This document shows, one piece after another, positions 7,416 to 14,042 of a stretch of 14,042 bases of DNA. Numbering within the stretch: position 1 is the first letter of the stretch; each line of letters opens with the position of its first letter. Made by a program: the position numbers and the translations under genes. Origin of the DNA: Octopus sinensis (lineage: Eukaryota); the NCBI RefSeq assembly GCF_006345805.1, contig NW_021825895.1, positions 1-14,042 on the forward strand. Direction: 5' to 3'. The notes under the pieces are model-generated. The model saw only the letters and a list, made by a program, of their open reading frames with translations. It did no database searches and had not been told where the DNA came from.

Positions 7416-9299
7416 CAGAAACTCAGAAACCACCATACCCACGGCCATTACCACAAGAACAACCGTGACCACTACATCACCACCAACGTCACAAACACAA
7501 CTACTACCATTACAATAACAAGCACCATAAAACTACCACAGATACAACAACCATCACAACTGCCAGAACCATCAAGACCCAATACCACCTCCAATACCTC
7601 CATCACCATTATCACGACCACCATCACCACCACTATCACTACGACCAATACATCACTGCTATAACCGCAACAACAGCCAGCACCGTCAAACAATACCACC
7701 ACTACAATCTCCTATACCGGATTCACAACGACTGACATATACTTTCGCCACCACAACCCTCAATGCCACCTCCACTACCATCAACATCATCACCTAACAC
7801 CATCACTACTTCCACTACCGCCTCAGCCACCACACGTTACCACCATCTCCATCACCAGTGACAACAACGCCACCACCCGAACCTACCACTCTCATTCTGC
7901 AACCTTCATCATAACCAACACCACCACCACCACCACCACCAACGCCACCACCACTAATAACAAAACAGTCACTACCCACCACTACAACCACCACCGCCAT
8001 CACAACCACCACCACCACCGTCATCATCACCACCACCATCATCATCACCACCACCACCGCCATCACAACCACTGCCGCCACCATCATCATCACCACTACA
8101 ACAACCACTGCCACCACCACCACCACCACTAATAACAAAATCCTCACTTCCCACCACCACCACTATCATTACCACCGCCATCGCACCACCAAATTCTCTT
8201 CCTCCTCCTACTCCTCTTACTGTTCTAAGACTTCCCTCCCCACTACCGTCACCAACATCACAACCGACAATCATCATCATCATCGTCATCAACATCAAGA
8301 ACTCCGACAGAAATGCCAATACAGCGGCCAACACCAACGCCCTCTAGCAATAAGCGTAAGAACTAACTGCAACAGAATTACTACCTACAGCACCACCACC
8401 GTCACCGACCAACAACAACGGCAACAACATAAGTGCGAACAACAGACTCCAACTCCGACCCCGCCGTCACCATCACCAAGAACACCGCTGCCGCTGCCGT
8501 CAGCTCCACTGCCCCCACCACCACCGCCGTCACAGATACAGCATCCACCACCTCCACCGCAACCACAAGCCACCACCACAACCGCAACAACCACCACTAC
8601 AACTAACGCCGCCGCCATGATCACCACCACCTCCATATCCTCAACCGCCACCACCACAATCACCACCACCACCACACACACCCATAACCAACCCACCTCC
8701 AATCCTCAACGCCACCAACCACAATCACCCCTCAACCACCACACCACCACTTCGCCAACCTCAACACCACACCACCACCAACCACCACCACCACCACCAC
8801 CACCACTACAATCACCGCCACTACCATTTCCTCCACCTCCATAACCACAACCGCCAACACCACAACACCACCTCCATAACCTCAACCGCCACCACCACCT
8901 CCATAACCACAACCGTCACCATCACCAACACAACCACCGCCACTACCATCACCACCACCACGTCCTCAAACCAAACACCGCCAGCCCACCGCCAAACCCA
9001 CCACCAACCACAATAAACCGCAACCGTCACCGTCACCACCACTTTCATTCACGCCATCGAACCGTCACCACAACCACCAAACCAACCATCATGTCAACCA
9101 CTACAACTACTACAACCGCAACTACTGCAACTGCAACCACTGCCGCCTCTACTTCCATTACACAAGCTAGGAAAAACCATCACAACACCGCCATCACTGA
9201 CAGCGATAACCTCACAACACGGAGCATTGCGAGACAGCCTTACCATCAACCTCACCAACACCAACAACAACACCACCAAAACCATTCTTCTAACCAGCT

Positions 9300-9472
9300 C
9301 CAACACAACCACCACCACCACCACCACCACCACCACCACCATAACCACCACCAACACTACCACCACCACCACCACCACCACCACCACCACCATAACCACC
9401 ACCAACACCACCACCACCACCACCACCACCACCACCACCATAACCACCACCAACACTACCACCACCACCACC
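9300..9472. repeat. Higher-order minisatellite, 48-51-bp unit, about 3.5 copies
   Basis: ATAACCACCACCAACAC followed by (ACC)n recurs at 9341, 9392 and 9440. Confidence 0.9.
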
Positions 9473-9852
9473 GTCATCCCCATCACCGCTATCATCTTCA
9501 TCACAGCAGCAGCAGCATCGCAACCACCACACCATTATAATCACCACGAGCACTATCACTACCAACACCAACACCACCACCACCACCACTACCACAAGGG
9601 CCACCAACACCACCACCACCACCACCACCACCTTGAGCAGCAGCACCACTGCCATCACCACCATCGTCGTCGTCGTCGTCACCATCGGTGTTTTCCTTCA
9701 TGTTCACCTTCAGCGCCACCCGTTTCCACCGCAAACCACCACCACCACCACCACCACCAACACCACCATCAGCTACCGCCATCGTCACAACCTTACAATT
9801 CCACCACAGCCGAGTCGCAAACTACCTCACAACACTACTGCCAAGACTCCTC

Positions 9853-9858
<6 letters not shown>

Positions 9859-9907
<49 letters not shown>
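9859..9907. repeat. Compound (AC)16(AT)8 microsatellite
   Basis: Perfect adjacent dinucleotide runs. Confidence 0.95.
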
Positions 9908-10878
9908 CTTACGTCCACACACACATATACACACACCGCTCTAATACCTATACACCATATCCAGCAGCAGCAGCAGCAGCAGTAGTAGATGCAGTGCATT
10001 CACCCCCTCCTCCATGTCACACAACCTCGCCACCGCCTCCACCACCATAAGGATTATTACCACCACCAGCAACAAATATTACTACGACTACCACCACCAT
10101 CACCACCACTGCATATAACTGCCACCACCACCACCACCACCACCACCACCACGACCGGCACCTACGACGTTGCCATGACCAGTGCCACTATAAACCACGA
10201 CCACCACCACCGCTGCCAATAAATACCGGCGCTAACACGCCGCCGCCGCCGCGCCGACACCGTCACCACAACAACTACCACCACCAACAGCAACAACAAC
10301 AACAACAACAACAGCAACAAAGCCGTCGCCGTCACCCACAGCACCACTGAAACGACTATTACCATTACCACACATCTCCTCCGCGGCCGCCACCACCTCC
10401 ACTGCATTAAATAAAATCACCGTCACCACCACTACAACCAACCACCACCACCACCGACCACCACCACCACCACCACCACAACCACCGCCGCCGCCATCCC
10501 CTGCCGCTACCATCGCCAATGCGTTAAATGCAAACATCACTACCACCACCACCACCACCACCACCAACCACCACGTCATGAAAGCAACAACAACAATAAC
10601 AACGACTAGCTGCACCGTCACCACCACCACCACCACCGCCACCACCACCACCATTACAACTACAAGCAATATCAGATTTACGCAGCCGCCCTTCCTTCAC
10701 ACCCACTGCAAAAACACCCCCACCCCCTTCCCTTCCAACCCATGCAACCCATCCAACCCACTCGCAACCTCAACCATCATCTTCAAACCACCCTCCAATA
10801 CCATTAACCCACCCTTTCCTTTTTTACTCCACCATCCACCCACCCACCCACCCATCTATCCGCTCGTCTCCGCCTCTC

Positions 10879-10958
10879 ATATTTCGGAGGTTATTTTTCC
10901 TTTAGCGCGCGCGCCATCTTTGTTCGTTGTGGTTTATATACCACATAGACGGTGTTGT
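10879..10958 (-). repeat. Left arm of an about 80-bp inverted repeat (candidate terminal inverted repeat)
   Basis: The reverse complement matches 13924-14000 at roughly 90% by eye. Homology stops at the same outer base (ATATTTCGG / CCGAAATAT). Confidence 0.85.
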
Positions 10959-11039
10959 CAAATCGATAGAAGCTTGCCGAGCGAGTAGAAGACCATAAAA
11001 ACAGTAAAGGGAAGACAATTGCTGGAAGAATGGGTAGGA

Positions 11040-11225
11040 GGGAGAGAGAGAGAAGAGAGAGAGGGACTAAGAGGGAAGGCGGGAGAGAGAGAGAGAGAGA
11101 GAGTAGGAGAGTGTGGGAGAGAGGGCAGATAAAAAGTGAAAGAAAGTGACAGAGGGGATGTGGGGGTACGAGATGAGAGACAGAGAAACATAGAAGCAGG
11201 GAGATGATAGTAGAGAATGAATAAA
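11040..11225. repeat. Degenerate (GA)n polypurine tract
   Basis: GA/GGA-rich run, nearly pyrimidine-free. Confidence 0.9.
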
Positions 11226-11258
11226 GAATATGTATGACAGAGGTGACTAAAAGACTGC

Positions 11259-11277
11259 ATATATATATTATATATAT

Positions 11278-11340
<63 letters not shown>

Positions 11341-11405
11341 TAGATATATCTATATATATATATACATATTATATATATAATATATGTATGTATGTATATT
11401 ATATA

Positions 11406-11437
<32 letters not shown>

Positions 11438-11522
11438 AGATATTATATAATATATATATATATATATGATATATATATATATATATATATATATCTATAT
11501 ACATATATATATATATATATAT
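11259..11522. repeat. Long degenerate (TA)n tract
   Basis: About 260 bp almost entirely TA dinucleotides. Confidence 0.95.
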
Positions 11523-11619
11523 GCCTACTTGTGTATGTAGATAGAGAGATACTCGAGCAACAACGATATAAGTGTGGTTGTCGAGATGGGCGTAGGTATG
11601 TGTCTGTGAGTGTGTGCGC

Positions 11620-11824
11620 GTTTCTGAGTAGGTATGTCTCTCTGTCTCTCTGTCTCTCCCCCTCTCTCTCTCTTTCTCTCTCTCTGAGTGTGTGTGTGTG
11701 TGTGTGTACGTGCATCTCTATGCACTTGGTTGTGACTTCTTATTGTGAGTGTTGTGTAAATCATTCAGTATGTGTTGTCGCTCGATAGTGTGCAGTTGCG
11801 TCTATATGAACTTGTGCATGCATC

Positions 11825-11880
<56 letters not shown>

Positions 11881-11984
11881 GTGCGTGCACGCGCGCATAT
11901 TTGCATGTGTTTGTGTGTGACACACAAATATATATATACACTTATTTATATTTACATATATTCCTATATATACTCATACATGTA

Positions 11985-12031
<47 letters not shown>

Positions 12032-12208
12032 GAGAGAGAGAGAGAGATACATACATGCGTGAATATACCATATGTGTGTGTGTGTGTGTGTTATGTAGAT
12101 GGTTACCTCTCTATCTCACTCTAGGTTCTATTCGCTATGAAATATATGAAGCCCGGATCATTCCTACTCCATTCCGTAACTCTTGTGTGTATATATATAT
12201 ATTTACAA

Positions 12209-12239
<31 letters not shown>

Positions 12240-12252
12240 ATATATATATATA
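11620..12252. repeat. Compound microsatellite block (TC)n, (TG)n, (TA)n(GA)n twice, (TG)n, (TA)n
   Basis: Successive dinucleotide runs separated by short degenerate spacers. Confidence 0.9.
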
Positions 12253-12429
12253 TCAGTGAGATACATACTTTATCGAGGAATTTCAGTTGTCAACTTTTAA
12301 AAGAACTCTGGATTCCATCACCAGTTACCATCAACGCAGTGGCGGTTACACACGTAGATATACAGCGACTTGCAACATAGTTTTTCACTATGAGATTCCA
12401 CTTACAACTAATTGTTCAGCCTGAGGCTG

Positions 12430-12495
12430 TAATGGCAAATTCGTTATCAAGATATCGCTTGCTGAGTTCAAACTCGGTGGGTAACCTGGTTACGC
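12430..12495 (+). mobile_element. Possible degraded SINE family A head fragment
   Basis: ATGGCAAATTCGTTA resembles CTGGCAGAATCGTTA, followed by CTGAGTTCAAACTC (B-box region), but with a shortened spacer and no body. Confidence 0.3.
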
Positions 12496-12549
12496 AATGA
12501 ATTTCTTACCCATATAGTTATTGCCAAATCATCAGTCATTCAAATCAAA

Positions 12550-12598
12550 TCTATCTATCGTCTATCTATCTATCGTCTGCTATCTATCTATCTATCTA

Positions 12599-12655
<57 letters not shown>

Positions 12656-12680
12656 GCTACTATCTATTCTATCTATCTAT
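12550..12680. repeat. (CTAT)n tetranucleotide microsatellite
   Basis: Long perfect core with degenerate edges. Confidence 0.95.
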
Positions 12681-12776
12681 ATCGAGGCGTAATATATAGA
12701 TGTATGGGGGGGGGTGAAACTATATCTATCTATGTATATATATCTTCTGGGCTTTTGCCTTATGTCTATGTGTGCA

Positions 12777-12884
12777 TATATATAGATATATATATATAAT
12801 TATATATTATTATGTATGTATAATGTATAAACACATATATATATATATAATATATATATCTATAATATATTATATATATATACG

Positions 12885-12952
<68 letters not shown>

Positions 12953-13025
12953 AATATACATGTATATGTGTATATATATATTATATCTATTTTATATTTA
13001 TATTTATATTTATATATAAATATAT
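12777..13025. repeat. Degenerate (TA)n tract
   Basis: About 250 bp of TA-dominated sequence. Confidence 0.9.
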
Positions 13026-13264
13026 ATTGTTGAATTTACGGAAAAACAAAGACGAAGACAGGTGTATAAACACATATACACACATATCTTTATGCATACG
13101 CAGATATACACTCAATCATTCATATGCTATAAAAGTGTCGTTTCCTAATTAGACGGCCTCTAGTTCATTCACACTGTGCGTCAATGTTTACTATGCCCTG
13201 GGACGTACGAATTGCTTGTAAGTATATTCGTTCAGAGTAAAGTCACAAAAGAAGTATTTGGAAC

Positions 13265-13265
<1 letters not shown>

Positions 13266-13332
<67 letters not shown>

Positions 13333-13360
13333 TATAGATAGATAGATAGATAGATAGATA
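13266..13360. repeat. (GATA)n tetranucleotide microsatellite
   Basis: Near-perfect run, reverse-complementary to the (CTAT)n tract at 12550-12680. Confidence 0.95.
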
Positions 13361-13589
13361 TGCAGACAGGCACTGCAGACAGGCGCGTCGGTGGATCTGT
13401 AGCTATTGGTCCATTTTTGTTCCACAAGTTGATATTGGTTGGGTGTTGGTTCATTTACATCCCTGTAAATTAGTGTAGATGAAATTAGAGCCATGTATCG
13501 AAGAAATTACAGGCATATACATAAAGAAATAGTGATCTCGTTTTGGTATTCAGAATCGATATTAAAATACACGATAATACTTATTTAAA

Positions 13590-13688
13590 TATATACATAA
13601 ATACATACATATATACTACCACACACATATTCTCGTATTCGTTTATAAATTACATTCAAAGCTGTGGCCCTCTTGGGCAACGCTGTAT

Positions 13689-13739
<51 letters not shown>

Positions 13740-13910
13740 GTATGTATGTATGTATATATGTATATTCATATATATATATATCATATATATATATATATAT
13801 TATATATATATATATAAATATATATGTAAATATATATATAGATATAGATACATATATAGATATATATGAACGCTTCTATATATTTTGGTATATATGCATG
13901 AGTGTAAGTA
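13590..13910. repeat. Degenerate (TA)n/(TATG)n tract
   Basis: TA-dominated low-complexity sequence. Confidence 0.85.
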
Positions 13911-13923
13911 TATGTGCAAACAC

Positions 13924-14000
13924 ACAACACCATCTATGTGTATATAAACCACAACGGACAAAAATGGGGCTCGCTAAAGGAAAAATAACCTCCGAAATAT
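13924..14000 (+). repeat. Right arm of an about 80-bp inverted repeat (candidate terminal inverted repeat)
   Basis: ACAACACCATCTATGTGTATATAAACCACAACGGACAAAAATGGGGCTCGCTAAAGGAAAAATAACCTCCGAAATAT matches the reverse complement of 10879-10958. Confidence 0.85.
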
Positions 14001-14042
14001 ATATAGATACGATTAGATTCTGAGATCAATTAGAGTATTTAA

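Larger units (their letters stand above)
4320..10870. repeat. About 6.5-kb degenerate (ACC)n/(AAC)n/(ATC)n/(GCC)n trinucleotide mosaic
   Basis: Continuous C/A-rich, G-poor plus strand with many perfect (CAC)n runs and single-substitution variants of ACC. Frequent phase shifts occur. Confidence 0.95.

Noticed and set aside
3207-10988. Poly-Thr/His/Pro/Val/Gly ORFs up to 252 aa (mucin-, histidine-rich- or glycine-rich-like)
   Set aside because: They are open in several frames on both strands because ACC-type repeats rarely produce stop codons. There is no signal peptide, domain, splice context or third-position bias, and phase shifts are frequent.
11540-11640. Plus-strand TAG/GTATGT donor-like sites suggesting a small exon
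   Set aside because: No polypyrimidine tract or credible acceptor upstream; embedded in GT/AT-rich microsatellite where such words are common.
12255-12420. Unique-looking stretch with splice-like words, possible coding exon
   Set aside because: All three minus-strand frames hit stop codons, the plus-strand frame has no recognisable protein features, and there is no matched acceptor-donor pair.
13025-13075. Short complex segment resembling the edge of another interspersed repeat family
   Set aside because: The resemblance is from memory only; there is no second copy or structural hallmark in the window to support a call.
13130-13178. Minus-strand AGTGT...CTAG...TTAG-GAAACG-ACACT hammerhead-like arrangement
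   Set aside because: The core reads GAATGAA/GTGAATGAA and the NUH triplet is missing, so essential catalytic residues cannot be assigned.
13973-14000. Hammerhead-like GGA-loop-TCC-GAAA-TAT at the end of the 80-bp inverted repeat (also in the left arm)
   Set aside because: The upstream core is CTAAA rather than NUGANNA in both copies and no stem I is evident; at most a relic.
11268-14023. Ile/Tyr-rich and YLSI-repeat ORFs
   Set aside because: Direct translations of (TA)n, (CTAT)n and (GATA)n microsatellites.

Overview
Non-coding eukaryotic genomic DNA, almost certainly animal. The SINE families look to me like those abundant in octopus (coleoid cephalopod) genomes, but that is recognition from memory, not a database result. 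No protein-coding exon can be supported: every ORF in the track is a by-product of microsatellite or low-complexity sequence, or of a decayed repeat. Layout: (1) a compact CpG-rich promoter-like motif cluster (ETS/CRE/YY1/E-box) at about 439-486; (2) a dense cluster of about 11 tRNA-derived SINE monomers or fragments at 1.15-4.3 kb, including a trimer flanked by a 16-bp target-site duplication; (3) a 181-bp fold-back element (2700-2880) whose loop folds as a variant type I hammerhead ribozyme, as in Penelope-like retroelements; (4) about 7.6 kb of strand-asymmetric, decayed (ACC/AAC)n sequence with higher-order duplications and two related retroposon 3'-tail islands; (5) a 3.1-kb microsatellite-filled interval (10879-14000) bracketed by about 80-bp inverted repeats with TA at both outer ends.
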